Shown here: positions 27,340 to 39,879 of the stretch, piece by piece
Layout: each line of letters opens with the position of its first letter
Numbering within the stretch: position 1 is the first letter of the stretch
Assembly: GCF_030028105.1 (NCBI RefSeq)
Contig: NC_092379.1
Span: forward strand, 20,189,309 to 20,253,308
Direction of reading: 5' to 3'
From: Mobula birostris
Taxonomy: Eukaryota
Length of the DNA stretch: 64,000 nucleotides
Made by a program: the position numbers and the translations under genes
The notes under the pieces: generated by a model
Told to the model about the DNA's origin: nothing
The model's input: the letters and a program-made list of their open reading frames with translations, nothing else
The model's database searches: none

Positions 27340-28130
27340 TCAGAGAGTCGAGGATCATGCAGTTAGAATCAGAATCTGGTTTAATATCACCAGCATATGT
27401 CTGAGATCATTTCTGAGGGATTGCTCCTTGAAGATGTCTTGGATACTACGGAGGCTAGTACCTATGATGGAGATGACTAATTTTACAATATTCTGTAGCT
27501 TGCTCTGATCCTTTGCAGTGGACTCTGCATAAAAGACAGTGATGCAGTCTGTCAGAATGCTCTCCACAGTATGTCTGTAGAAATTTTCAAGTGTTCTAGA
27601 TGACAAACCAAATCTCCTCAAAATCCAAATGAAACATACCCACTGTCTTGACTTCTATATTACTGCATCAATATGTTGGGACCAGGTCAGATCCTCAGAG
27701 ATCTTGACACCCAGGAACTTGAAACTGCTCACTCTCTCCACTTCTAATTCCGCTATGAGAATTGGTTCCTGTTCCCTTGTCTTACACTTTCTGAAGTTCA
27801 CAATCAGCTCTTGAGTGCAAGGTTATTGCTGCAACACCATCCAACTAGCTCTTATATCTAACTCCTGCACACCCTCTCATCTCCTTCTACGATTCTGCCA
27901 ACAATGGTTCTATCATAAGCAAATTTATAGATGACATTTGACCTGTATCTAAGCACACAGTCATGGGTGTAAAGAGAGTAGAGCAGTGGGTTAAGTGCAC
28001 ATCCCTGTTGTATACCAGTGTTGATCATCAGCAAGTAGAAGATGTTATGACCAATCCACACGGTTTGTAGATTGCTGATTAGGAAATTGAGGATTCATTT
28101 GCAGATAGAGGTACAGAGGCCCAGGTTCTG
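27340..28130 (-). mobile_element. Rex1/Babar RT fragment
   Basis: RRFGLSSRTLENFYRHTVESILTDCITVFY; [21 protein letters not shown]. Confidence 0.85.
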
Positions 28131-28189
28131 GAGAATTGGTGGTTTCATTCAGAATTGGAGGTGGTCACACCCAGAATATAAGCTTCACA

Positions 28190-29270
28190 CAGTAGATGGG
28201 TGACCAGCAGGGAGGTTTCTTAAATCAATATGTAGGCGGTCCAACAGGAGGAGGAGCTGTACTGGTCCTGGTGTTGGGTAATGAGCCTGGCCAGGTGATC
28301 AACCTCTTAGTGGATGAGCAGTTAGGGAACAGTGACCACAACTCCTTAACTTTCAGGATAGCTATAGATAAGGACAGGTATGAACATTGCAGGAGATTCT
28401 TAAATTTGATAAGTGCAAATTCTGAGGGCATTAGGAAGGAACTCAGAAGAGTTAATTGGGAAAACCTTTTTTCTGGCAATTCCATATCAATCTTGTGGAA
28501 GGTGTTTAAAAATCAATTGCTCAGAGTATCGTAAAGTAGATTTCTGTTAGAAGGAAAGACAGGGATGGAATGATGAAAGAACTTTGGATGTCCAGAGAGG
28601 TGATGAATTTTGTCAAGAAGAAAAAGGAAAAGCATGCAAAGCTTTGGAAGTTAGAATCAAACGAAGCGAATGAGGAGTATAAATAAACCAGAAAAGAAGT
28701 AAAGAAAGGAATTAGGAAAGCCAGGAGGGGCTATGAAAAGCCCTTGGGAAGTTGGATTAAGCTGAATCCCAAGGTATTCTACACATACATCAAGAACAAG
28801 AGGATAACTAGGGAGAAGGTAGGGCTACTCAAGGATAAAGAGGGAAACATTTGCTTGGATGCGGAGAAGGTGAGTGAGGTACTTAATGAACACTTTGCTT
28901 CAGTATTTCCCAAAGAAAATGACTTGGAGGAGTAGGAGATCATAGCTGAGTGCAGAGATATGTTAGGATGTTTAGAGGTTAAGGAGAAGGAAGTGTTGGA
29001 TCTCCAAATGAGTATTACAGTGGATGTCCGCAGGGCCTGATGGGATTTACCCCAGGTTATTGAAGGAGGCAAAAGACAAGATTGCTGGGCCCTAATCTGG
29101 TATCTTTGTTTCCTCTCTAGGCACAGGCAAGGTCCCAGGTGACTGGCAATTAGCTAATGTTGTACCTCTATTTAAGAAGGGAACAAGGGAAAATCCTGAG
29201 AACTCTAGAATGGGCAGACTCACATCAGTTGTAGGGAAATTGCTGGATAAAATTCTTAACGATAGAGATA
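28190..29270 (+). mobile_element. CR1 ORF2 fragment
   Basis: EQLGNSDHNSLTF; NPKVFYTYIKNKR; VLNEHFASVF. Confidence 0.8.
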
Positions 29271-29276
29271 TTAGCT

Positions 29277-29795
29277 CTTTGGAATAATATTTAGTTTATC
29301 GACTCCAGAAGTTTAAATGTTTATTTCTGCTTCATATAACCTGGTTCCCTGAGCTTGACTGATTAATTCGTTGCAATTCTATAGTTTATTTGTTTCTTAC
29401 TGTTTTCTTTGAATAATTCTATTTTTTGATTTATTCTCATAAATAATTCTTCTTTTTCTTCTATTTTTTGTTTTTTTCTTTTTGTTTTGAGCAATTCTCT
29501 CTTCTTTTCTCCTATACTCTTCTAATTAGTTTCTGTTCTTATTGTATTTTTTTGCTGAGTTAACGTTTTTTCAACATGGTGTTTTGAGTTCTCCTTCAGT
29601 TCTTTGGAATAATATTTAGTCTATCAACTCCAGAAGTTTAAATGTTTATTTCTGCTTCATATAATCTTGTTCCTGCAGTTTGACTGAGTAATTCATTGCT
29701 TTTGCGTAGTTTATTTGTTTTTTACTTTTTCTTTGAATAATTCCTTCTTTCGATATATTTTCATAAATATTTCTTCTTTTTCTTCTCTTTTTATT
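29277..29795. repeat. AT-rich direct repeat, 325-bp period (~190-bp homologous arms)
   Basis: CTTTGGAATAATATTTAGT.TATC.ACTCCAGAAGTTTAAATGTTTATTTCTGCTTCATATAA at 29277 and 29602. Confidence 0.85.
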
Positions 29796-29959
29796 TTTTC
29801 TGTTTAAGAAATTAACAGACTTAACTTCAGTAAGTTCTCTTTGTAATTATTTTTTGCAAATACGTGTTGATATTTTTTAGTTCTTTTGAGGGTTAGTTAG
29901 TCTAGGTTTGAATTCATTCTGTACTAATTTTTTCTTCTCTTGCAGCTTTGCCAGTGGGA

Positions 29960-32900
29960 TGCTGGGGAGGGATTTACCAGTAGATTAGCTTTCGCCCTCG
30001 CTTGGATGATTTTTTTCCTTGGGAGGTAGGTGGATGGGAATGGGCTGTTTTTTAAAAATCTTTTTCCCTTTTACCAGCTGTTTGGTAATCCCTGCCTCAT
30101 CTATTGCTTGGTCAAGTATTTTGAATTTTAAGGCTTGGAGGTTTGGTACATTCCAGTTGTTTATATGTTTACCCTCTGTTTTAAACTTAATCAAATGGTT
30201 TACAATATTAATTTTTTTAGTTTAAATGTGAAAGATTTAAACCACCCTGTGAAATGCAATAAGATCTTTACTTATATTAAGAAATTGAATGCCTCAATTA
30301 TTTCTTTTTACAAGAGACACATGTTCGCAGATCTGACTGCGGGCGTTTGTTCAAATGTTGGAATGGTCTAGCTTTTCACTCTTCTTTTCAAGCCAAGGCC
30401 AGAGGTACTTCAATTTTGATTGACAATTCAGTTGCTTTTGTTGAACATGATGTAGTGTCCGACCCCAATGGGCGGTTTGTTATAGTTTCAGGGAAACTAG
30501 ATAACAAAATAATGGTTTTTGCTAATCCCTATGCTCCGAATATAGACGGTCCTGGCTTTTCTGAATTTTTTTTTTCCCCTTTTTACCAGACTTACATTTG
30601 TACTCTTTAATTTTGGGAGGGGATTTTAACTGTTGTCTTGACCCTGTTTTTGACCATTCATCTTCGAAACCATTGAATATTAGTAGAGCTGCCTCCTATA
30701 ACCAATCATTTCTAATGAAATGTGGCATTATTGATGTATGGCATTTTTTACACCCATCAAGTAGAGAATATTCCTTTTTTCTCATGTTCCTCATACCTAA
30801 GATCGATTACTTTTTCGTCGATAGTCACTTGATACCCTCTGTTCGATCCTGTGATTACAAAGAAATTGCTGTTTCAGATCATGCCCCCTTCTTTTTATCC
30901 TTAAATCTTCCGAGTGTTTCTCGATCAAACAGATTTTGGTGTTTTAATTCAATTTTACTATAGGATAAGGCTTTTTTTTTTACAATTTTTAGAGAATCAA
31001 ATTACTTTTTTCTTTGAAAAGTTTACGCTAGATGGCACTTCTAACCTTATTACTTTGGGATGCTTTCAAGGCTTATATTAAAGGCCAAGTTATTTCCAAT
31101 ACAGCAAGTATTAAGAAAAAAAAACGAACAAGGAGAGAACTGATTTAGCCAATCAGCTGAATCATTTAGATCAAAAATATGCTTCTGATCCGGATCCCGT
31201 TTTGTATAAAAGACATGTGGAAGTTAAAACTAAATATGATCTGTTTTTAACTTGCCCTGTTGAAACTCAACTTTTAAAATATAAAAGTCAATTTTATATT
31301 CATGGTTATAAAGCAGGCAAACTTAATCAACTTTAACAATTAAATGTCAAATTAAGGAAATCTCCAAAGCGAATGGTGATAAAACTTCTGATCAATTAGA
31401 AATAGACGATACTTTTAGAGAATTTTACTCTAAACTGTATAGTTCAGATTCCCCTAAAAGCCAATTTTGCTATGAATAATTTTCTAGATCGTTTTAAACA
31501 TTCCCTCACCTTCTGAGATTAATCAAAGATGGTTAGATCAATCTTTTTCTTCTGAGGAAATTACCCGGGTTGTCCACTCTCTGAGTTCGGGGAAGGCACC
31601 CGGCACTGAGGGATTATCTGGAGAGTTCTACAGGGCTTTTGCCCCTTTGCTTATTCCTCACTTACTTTCTGTTCTTTCTGACTCTTTTAAATTAGGTAGA
31701 TTGCCACAATCTTTTTATGATGCCTCTATTTCACTTATTTGCAAAAAGAATTAAGATCCAACTGATTGTTCTTCATACTGACCTATTTCTTTACTTAACA
31801 TTGAGGCTAATATTTTATCTAAATTTTTGGCTCATAGGATGGAAAACATCCTGCCTTTTATTATCTCTGATGACCAGACCGGATTTATAAAAATTGTTAT
31901 TCTCATTTTAACATTTGTCGTTTACTGGATGTTATTTATTCTCCCTCTAAATAAAATTTTGAATGTGTGATTTCTTTGGATGCTGAGAAAGCCTTTGATC
32001 GGGTTGAATGGAATTCATTATTTAAAATATTAGAAAAATATAAATTTGGCTCCGATTTTATTCAATGGATTATATTACTTTATTCATCTCCCACTGCACA
32101 GGTTCTAACCAACTCTCAAAGTTCTAAACCATTTAATCTTCAACATGGAACCAGACAAGGATGTCCTTTGAGTCCTTTGCTTTTTGATCTGGCTTTAGAG
32201 CCATTAGCCATTGCGTTTCGTGAACCTGTTGACATCTCGGGTATTTTAAGGAAGGGTATCACTCATCAGGTGTCGCTTCATGCTGATGAGCTTTTGCTCT
32301 ACATTTCTAATCTGGAGTGCGCTCTACCCTCAATACTCACTTTACTTTCTGAATTTAGTCAGTTCTCAAGATATAAACTTAATCTTCATAAGAGTGAACT
32401 TTATCAGTCAACTCTGACCTTCCTTTTAAAATTGTAAGAAATCAATTTACGTATTTGGGTATAACAATTACTAAGAATTATAAATTTCTTTTTAAAGAAA
32501 ACTTTATCACTCTTTTGGAATATGTTAAGAAGGTACTATCAAATTGGTCTCCCCTTTCTTTATTGCTGATTGGATGTATTAATTCTATTAAAATGAACAT
32601 TTTGCCTAAATGTTATATCTATTTCAAGCCCTACCTGTTTTTATTCCTAAATCCTTTCTCGACTCTTTAGACTCGGTTATATCTTCTTACTTATGGAAGA
32701 ATAAAACCTCCTGATTAAACAAAGTTCAGCTTCAGAAAGCTAAAAAATGGGGGATTAGCCCTACCCAATTTTAGGTTTTACTACTGGGCAGTCAATATAC
32801 GTTACCTTACGTTTTGTATATACTACATTAATCGTGAAAACTGTCCGGTTTGGGTTTCTTCAGAAGATAATTCTGTTAATAAATCTTCTATTATTTCTCT

Positions 32901-34215
32901 TTTTGGTTGTTCAATTCCTCTATCCTTAAGTAACTTAACTGATAATTTTGTAGTTAAACATTCTTTGAGGATTTGGTTACAATTTAGGAAATTCTTTGGG
33001 TTATTTGGTTTTTCACTCTCTAGTCCCATTTTTTCTAATTATTTTTTTAAACCTTCTTTGACTGATGTAGTTTTTAAAGAGTGGAATAGACTAGGTATTA
33101 AATGGTTTCAGGATATGTTTGTTGGAGAAAGTCTTTCTTCATTTGATCAACTATCTATTCATATAATCTTTATAAAGCTCACTTTTTTAGATATTTACAA
33201 ACTAGAGACTTCTTGCATTCTCAACTTTATACATTTCCTAAATGCCCAGATAAGAATTTAATTGATAAAATTTTTACTTTGAAACCTTTTCATGATGGAA
33301 CTATTTCTAATATCTATAATATGTTGTTGGCATTGAGAAATATTCTGTTAGCTAAAATTAAAACCCTCTGGGAACATGACTTGCAGATTTCAATTGATGA
33401 GGATACTTGGAATGAAATTTTTAAACTGGTTCACACCTCTTCGTTATGTGCGTGTCACTCTCTTTTACAATTTAAAGTCGTTCATAGAGCCTATATGACT
33501 AAAGATAAGCTGTCTCGTTTTTACTCAGATATTTCTCCATACTGTAATAGGTGTAATGTCGAAGAGGCCTCTCTAATTCATATGTTTTCGTCCTGCCCAC
33601 GGCTTGATAAATTTTGGAAAGAAATATTTCAAACACTGTCGGAGCTTTTTAAAGTAAACCCAACCCTCTGACTGCCTTGTTTGGCATTGTTGGAGGAAAT
33701 GATTTTACTCTTAAGCCGAATGATTGACATACTTTGGCTTTTATTTCTCTTTTAGCCGGAAGAGTTTTGTTGCTTAAATGGAATGATGCCACTCCACCTA
33801 CTCATGCCCTTTGGTTAATTGATGTTATCTCATGTTTAAATCTAAAGAAGATTAGGTGTTCTATTTCTATACCTGGACAAGATTTTTTCACACTATGGGG
33901 ACCTTTTTGGAATTTCTTTCACAATTTTCGATTTGGTCAGCAATGATGATGGCTATTATATGTTCAAATTTACGACTTCATGTCAGAGATGTTTTTTTCT
34001 TTTAACCAAACAGCTGTTTCTTTTTTCTCTTTTTTTCTGTTTGTTATGGAGTTTTGATTTTGATTTAGATTACAATAAAATATACTTTTTCAATATTATG
34101 GTTAATCTACTATATATCAATTTGGGGCAATTCAATCTTGTTTCTTGTTCCATAATATTATAATATATTTTGTATTAGTCTATGCAAATAATCAATAAAA
34201 AAACTGAAAAGAAAG
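29960..34215 (+). mobile_element. L1/Tx1-clade LINE ORF2 (APE-RT-Cys-rich C-terminus), decayed
   Basis: ATG ~30195 SLNVKDLN; GGDFNC, IDYFF, SDH (EN); [31 protein letters not shown] (RT); CNRC...HMFSSC; A-rich tail ~34190. Confidence 0.9.
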
Positions 34216-34219
34216 AGAG

Positions 34220-35395
34220 ATGAGCATTTGGAAACCCATGGCCATCCTAGGGAGAGCCAGCATGACTTTGTGCATGGCAGGTCATGCCTTACCAACTTGA
34301 TTCAGTTTTTTGAAAAGGTGATGAGACAGATTGATGAGTGTAGGGAAGTGTATGTTGTCCACATGGATTTTAGTAAGACATTTGACAAAGTCCCTCATGG
34401 GAGGCTAATCCAGAAGATTAGGATGCATGGGGTCCACGGTGAATTGTGTGTTTCGTTTCAGAACTAGGTTGCACTGAGGAGGCTGAGGGTAGTGATCGAG
34501 GGGACTTATTTGATCTGGAGGTCTGTAACTTGTGGTGTTTCACAGGGATCTGTGCTGGTACTTCTGCTGTTTGTGATGTATATAACTGACCTGGATGAAA
34601 CGTAGATGGGTGGGTTAGTAAATTTGCAGATGATACCAAGATTGGCGGAGTTGCGAATAGCGCAGAAGCCTGGCAAAGAATACAGCACGATGGACATCAG
34701 TTGCAGATATAGGCAGAGAAATTGCAGATGGAGTTTTACCCAGATAAATGTGAGCTGTTGCACCTGGTAGGACTAATGCAAGGCCCTTTACAATGTTGCT
34801 GAGCAGAGAGATCTTGGGGTCCACTTTCATAGTTCCTTGAAAGCAGTGACACAGGTCGACAGCGCAGTTAGGAAGGCTTATGGAATGCTTGCTTTTATTA
34901 GTTCAGGCATTGAGTTCAAAAGTCAAAGGGCTATGTTGCAATTTTATGAAAGTCTGGTTCGGCCAGATCTGGAGGATCAGATTCAGTTCTGGTAACCCCA
35001 CTATAGGAAGGATGTTGAGGCTTTGAAGAGGGTCAGAAGAGGTTTAACAGGTTGCTGTCTGTTTTTGAGGGAATGTGCTATTATGAGAGGCTAAACAAAC
35101 TTGGGTGGTTTTCTTTGGAGTGGCAGAGGCTGAGGGGAGGTCTGAAAGTGGTTTAAAAGATTATGAGAGGAATAGGTAGAGTCGATGGGGTATCTTTTAC
35201 CCAGAGTGGAAATTTCAAATACCAGAGGGCATGTATTGAAGGTGAGGGGAGATAGGTTCAAAGGGGATGTGAGGGGTAAGGTTTTTCACTCAGAGAGTAG
35301 TGGATGCCTGGAATGTGCTGCCTGATATGGTGGTAGAGACAAATACATTAGGAACTTTTAATAGACATGTGGATAGGCACATGAATATGAGGAAA
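34220..35395 (+). mobile_element. CR1 RT/3' fragment
   Basis: HDFVHGRSCLTNL, MDFSKTFDKVPHGRL. Confidence 0.85.
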
Positions 35396-35930
35396 ATGTT
35401 GCAAAGAATGGGGCGAACCCAAACGCAGGACACTGGCACGGAAATTGAGTTAGGATGCAGACGAAGGCGTGAGCGTGGCTGGAGTTGAACGGCAAACAGG
35501 AGGGTGAACAGGAAGGCAGGAGGCAGGTGGAACTTCTCTTGGCTCAGGGCATTGCAGGGGCTGAACGGCAAACAGGAGACAGGCAGCAGGCAAAATTCAT
35601 CTTGACACGGAGCGTAGGAAGGCAAGCGGCAGACAATACTTTTCTTAACACGGACAGACGGAGTTACTGAAGTAAAACGTAGAATACTTATATTGACACG
35701 GAGGGACAGAGTTACACAGGTAAACCTCAGTACTGAAATAAAACTTCTAATGCCTATCTTAACATGGAGAGACAGAGTTTCACAGGTAAACCTTGATACT
35801 GAAGAAAACTTTAAATACTTATCTTGTTCAATATTTTTGTCAATTTCTACATAGAAGAATACAGAGTCCAAGAAAATACATATTATAAAACAAAAGTAAA
35901 AATATAATAGTACCAGATACATTATATTGA
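35396..35930. repeat. Unclassified (LTR-like) repeat with internal duplications; related piece at 39770-39870
   Basis: GAGACAGAGTT.CACAGGTAAACCT..GTACTGAA at ~35700, ~35770 and ~39805. Confidence 0.45.
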
Positions 35931-36227
35931 ATCACATTAACGAACTCCTTACTCTATATTCATATAGATTAGATTAATTCGTATGTTAGAACATGAACAA
36001 TTTTATATAAAAAATCTATACCCTCGACCAAAGTCGAAACTGTTTGGTAAAAGAAAAAAAGAAAAAAATAACTTTATCAGATAATGAAATATGCTATTAA
36101 CCAGCTTCTGTACTTTAACGGGAAATCAAAGATTTTGAAAATAATTTAAAAACGGCCCCCACAGATTTTGAAAACCTTGGTTTAGATTCAGAAATTGAAC
36201 AACGAATCATTTCTAAATTTAAGCATG

Positions 36228-37685
36228 TGTTATTGGGCTGTTAATCTGTGATATATGTCTTTTTGGTTATACTGGGTTGATAAGAGTGATTGGCCAATTT
36301 GAGTAGACCTGGAACTGAAAGTTGTAAATCAGTTTTATTTAACCTCGTTATTGGGAGCTCCTTTACCTATGCAATTAGGTAAAGTTGTTAATTTAAACCT
36401 ATATCCTGTGATTAAGTATCCTTTGCAAATTTGGCTCCAGTTCCGCAATTTTTTTAATCTTAAAAAATTCAAACTTTGAAGTTTAATTTACCGAAATTAC
36501 TTTTTTAAGCCTTCCTTGAATGATCCAATTTTTTTTTACTTTGGAAAAATAAAGGTATTAATTTTGTTTGGATTTATTTAAAGAAGATAGATTGATGTCT
36601 TTTGAACAATTAATTGATAAATATTCTCTTTCATACTCACACTTTCTGCAATACCTTCAAGTTAGATATTTTTTACAAAAATATTTATGTAATTTCCTTT
36701 GCATATTGGAGGCTGACCTCTTAGATACTATTATGAGTATGAATCCTTTGATTAAGGGTTCTATTGGAAGAATTTATAATTTATTATTACAATGGGATAA
36801 GCGTCCTTTATCTAAGAATAGGCAGGATTGGGAAAAGGAACTTAATTTGACTTTTATGACGGAGGATTGGATGCAGATATTGAAGTTGGTTAACTCTTCT
36901 TCAATTTGTGCTGCCATTCATCGATTCAATTTAAAATTGTACATCGTTATCATTTGACAAAGGAGAGACTTTCTAAAATCTTTCCTAATGTTGATAGTCA
37001 TTGTGATAGATGTAAAACTGAGATAGCTATATTGACACATATGTTTCGGTCTTGTTCTATATTGGAACAGTTCTGGGAGTCGGTTTTCTCAACAATTTCT
37101 AAAGCACTTAAGATTAATTTACAACCTAATAAATTAACTATGCTCTTTGAAATAGTTCCTCAAACTATTCATGGTATTTCTGTTTCTGACCAACATGTTA
37201 TTGCATTTGTTACATTGATAGTTAGGAGGGCCATTTTGTTGAAGTGGAAGGATACATCAGCTCCCACTTTGTCACAATGGTTCTCTCAAGTGATGCTATG
37301 TCTTAGTTTGGAGAAAATTAGAAGTCGAACCTTTGAACCTTTATTTGATTTTGAGAAAAGATGGGGCTCATTTGCTCGTTATTATCATTTGAGTTAATTG
37401 ATATATTTTTTCCAAGATCTAATTGTAAATTTTTTAGTATATTTTCTTTTCTTGCTGGCGGTTTGATGTTTATTTTTAGAAGCTTTTTGTATGACGCATG
37501 ACTCCGGGGTTGTACACCTAATGGGTTCATTTTTTTCTCACTTTTCTGCTAAGTAGGTTTTTTTGTTATCACAATTTTTTTTCAATCTTTAAGATAATGG
37601 TTTTTTTGTGGCATTGTAAATGTTGTTACTTCAATGTACTCATGTTATTTTTGCTGTGTATACAATAAAAAGATTTGAAAAGAAA
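36228..37685 (+). mobile_element. 5'-truncated L1/Tx1 (L1-B) flanked by a ~190-bp direct duplication
   Basis: ORFs 36568-36957 and 36906-37397 (CDRC...HMFRSC); AATAAA and A-rich tail at 37665-37685; duplicated flanks 36036-36227 / 37686-37875. Confidence 0.88.
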
Positions 37686-38034
37686 GAAACTGTTTGGTAA
37701 AGAAAAAAAGAAAAAAAAACCTTATCAGAAAATGAAATATGCTATTAACCAGCTTCTGTACTTTAACGGGAAATCAAAGATTTTGAAAATAATTTAAAAA
37801 CGGCCCCCACAGATTTTGAAAATCTTGATTTAGATGCAGAAATTGAACAACGAATCATTTCTAAGTTTAAACATGCCATAACATCTCGTAACCACCGAGT
37901 GTGGTTAGGCGGAACAGCATCCTTCCACTTAAACAAAAGCGCCCTTCTAGCCATAAGAGAGATAAAAGCCAGAATGTGCAAATCAGATGTCTTCAGAATG
38001 ACATCTTTCCCTCCAACAATACCAAATAGGGTGG

Positions 38035-39190
38035 TCAAAGGATTATACTTTATACTTTATTGTCGCCAAACAATTGATACTAGAATGTACAATCAGCACA
38101 GTGATATTTGATTCTGCACTTCCCGCTCCCTGGATTACAAATCAACAGTAAATATTAAAAATTTAAATTATAAATCATAAATAGAAAATAGAATAATAGA
38201 AAGTAAGGTAGTGCAAAAATAGCCGAGAGGCAGGTCCGGATATTTGGAGGGAACGGCTCAGATCGGGGTCAGGATCCATTCAGCAGTCTTATCGCAGATG
38301 GAAAGAAGCTGTTCCAAAATCTGGCCGTATGAGTCTTCAAGTTCCTGAGCCTTCTCCCAAGAGAGATGAAAAGTGTGTTGGCTGGGTGGGTCGTGTCCTT
38401 GATTATCCTGGCAGCACTGCTTCGACAGCGTGCAGTGTAAAGTGAGTCCAAGGACGGAAGATTGGTTTGTGTGATGTGCTGCGCTGTGTTCACGATCTGC
38501 TGCAGCTTCTTTCGGTCTTGGACAGGACAACTTCCATACCAGGTTGTGATGCACCCTGGAAGAATGCTTTCGACGGTGCATCTATGAAAATAAGTGAGGG
38601 TTTTAGGGGACAGGCCAAATTTCTTTAGCTTTCTCAGGAAGTAAAGGCGCCGGTGGGCCTTCTTGGCAGTGGACCCTGCTTGGTTGGACCAAGTCAGGTC
38701 ATTTGTGATATTGACCCCGAGGAACTTAAAGCTTTTGACCTGTCCCACTTGCACACCATCGATGTAAATGGGATTGTGTGGTCCACTACTCCTTCTGAAG
38801 TCAACACCCAATTCCTTTGTCTTGCTGATGTTGAGGGATAGGTTACTTTCTTCGCACCGTACCACCAGGTTCTTAATTTCCTCTCTGTACTCAAACTCAT
38901 CATTACTCGAGATACGACCTACAATTGTTTTGTCATCAGCAAACTTGCATATTGAGTTCGATGGAAACTGGGCTGCACAATCATGGGTGTACAGTGAGTA
39001 CAGCAGGGGGCTGAGTACACAGCCTTGTGGGGCACCGGTGCTCAGAGTGATTGTAAAGGAGAGCTTGTCCCCTATTTTTACAGCCTGGGTTCTGTCTGTG
39101 AGGAAGTTGAAGATCCATCTGCAGATCTGAGTGCTAAGGCCCAGGTTCCGGAGCTTAGGAAACAGTTAATTTGGAATGATGGTATTAAAG
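38035..39190 (-). mobile_element. Rex1/Babar RT and 3' end, relatively intact
   Basis: ORF 38269-38865 [39 protein letters not shown]; upstream [21 protein letters not shown]. Confidence 0.9.
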
Positions 39191-39879
39191 GCAGAGCTGT
39201 AGGCTTAAAATTTACTTTAAAGAGTGCAGAAAAAGCTTGAAATACTTCCTTCCAATATTTTTCAAGACTTGGGCATGTCCAAAACAGATGAATAAATGAG
39301 GCTTCTCCATTGTTACACCTATCACAGTAGGGAGATACATCCATATAAAAACGAGATAACTTATCCTTGGTTATATAAACCCTATGGACCACTTTAAATT
39401 GTAGGAGGGAATGACAGACACAGAATGATGAAGTACGAACCAATTTAAAAATTTCATTTCAAGTTTCTTCAGAAATTGAAGTCGTAAATCTTGTTCCCAA
39501 AGATTTTTGATTTTGTCTAAAGAATCATTTCTCATTCCCATCAACGCATCATAAATATTGGATATTGAACCATTATAAAAAGGTTTCATATTAAGAATTT
39601 CATCTAACAAGTTCTTATCTGGACTATTAGGAAATGTATATAATTGAGATCGCAGAAAGTCTCTAATTTGTAAGTAGCAAAAAAAGTGGGTTTTTGGTAA
39701 ACTATATTTAGTTGACAGTTGTTCGAATGAAGAAAGACCTTCCCCACAAACAGATCCTGGAAACATGTAATATTGAAAAAGAATACTTATCCTGACACAG
39801 AGAGACAGAGTTTCACAGGTAAACCTCTGTACTGAAGGAAAAACTGAGAATACGCAATCCTAGACGGCTGGGAATGTTC

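Larger units (their letters stand above)
35930..39770 (-). mobile_element. L1/Tx1 3' part (L1-A), interrupted by L1-B (36228-37685) and Rex1/Babar (38035-39190)
   Basis: ORFs 39371-39766, 39078-39443 (CDRC...HLFWTC) and 37763-38038 form one ORF2 C-terminus. Confidence 0.85.

Noticed and set aside
35290-35922. 210-aa hydrophobic minus-strand ORF
   Set aside because: Low-complexity product of a repetitive element crossing into CR1
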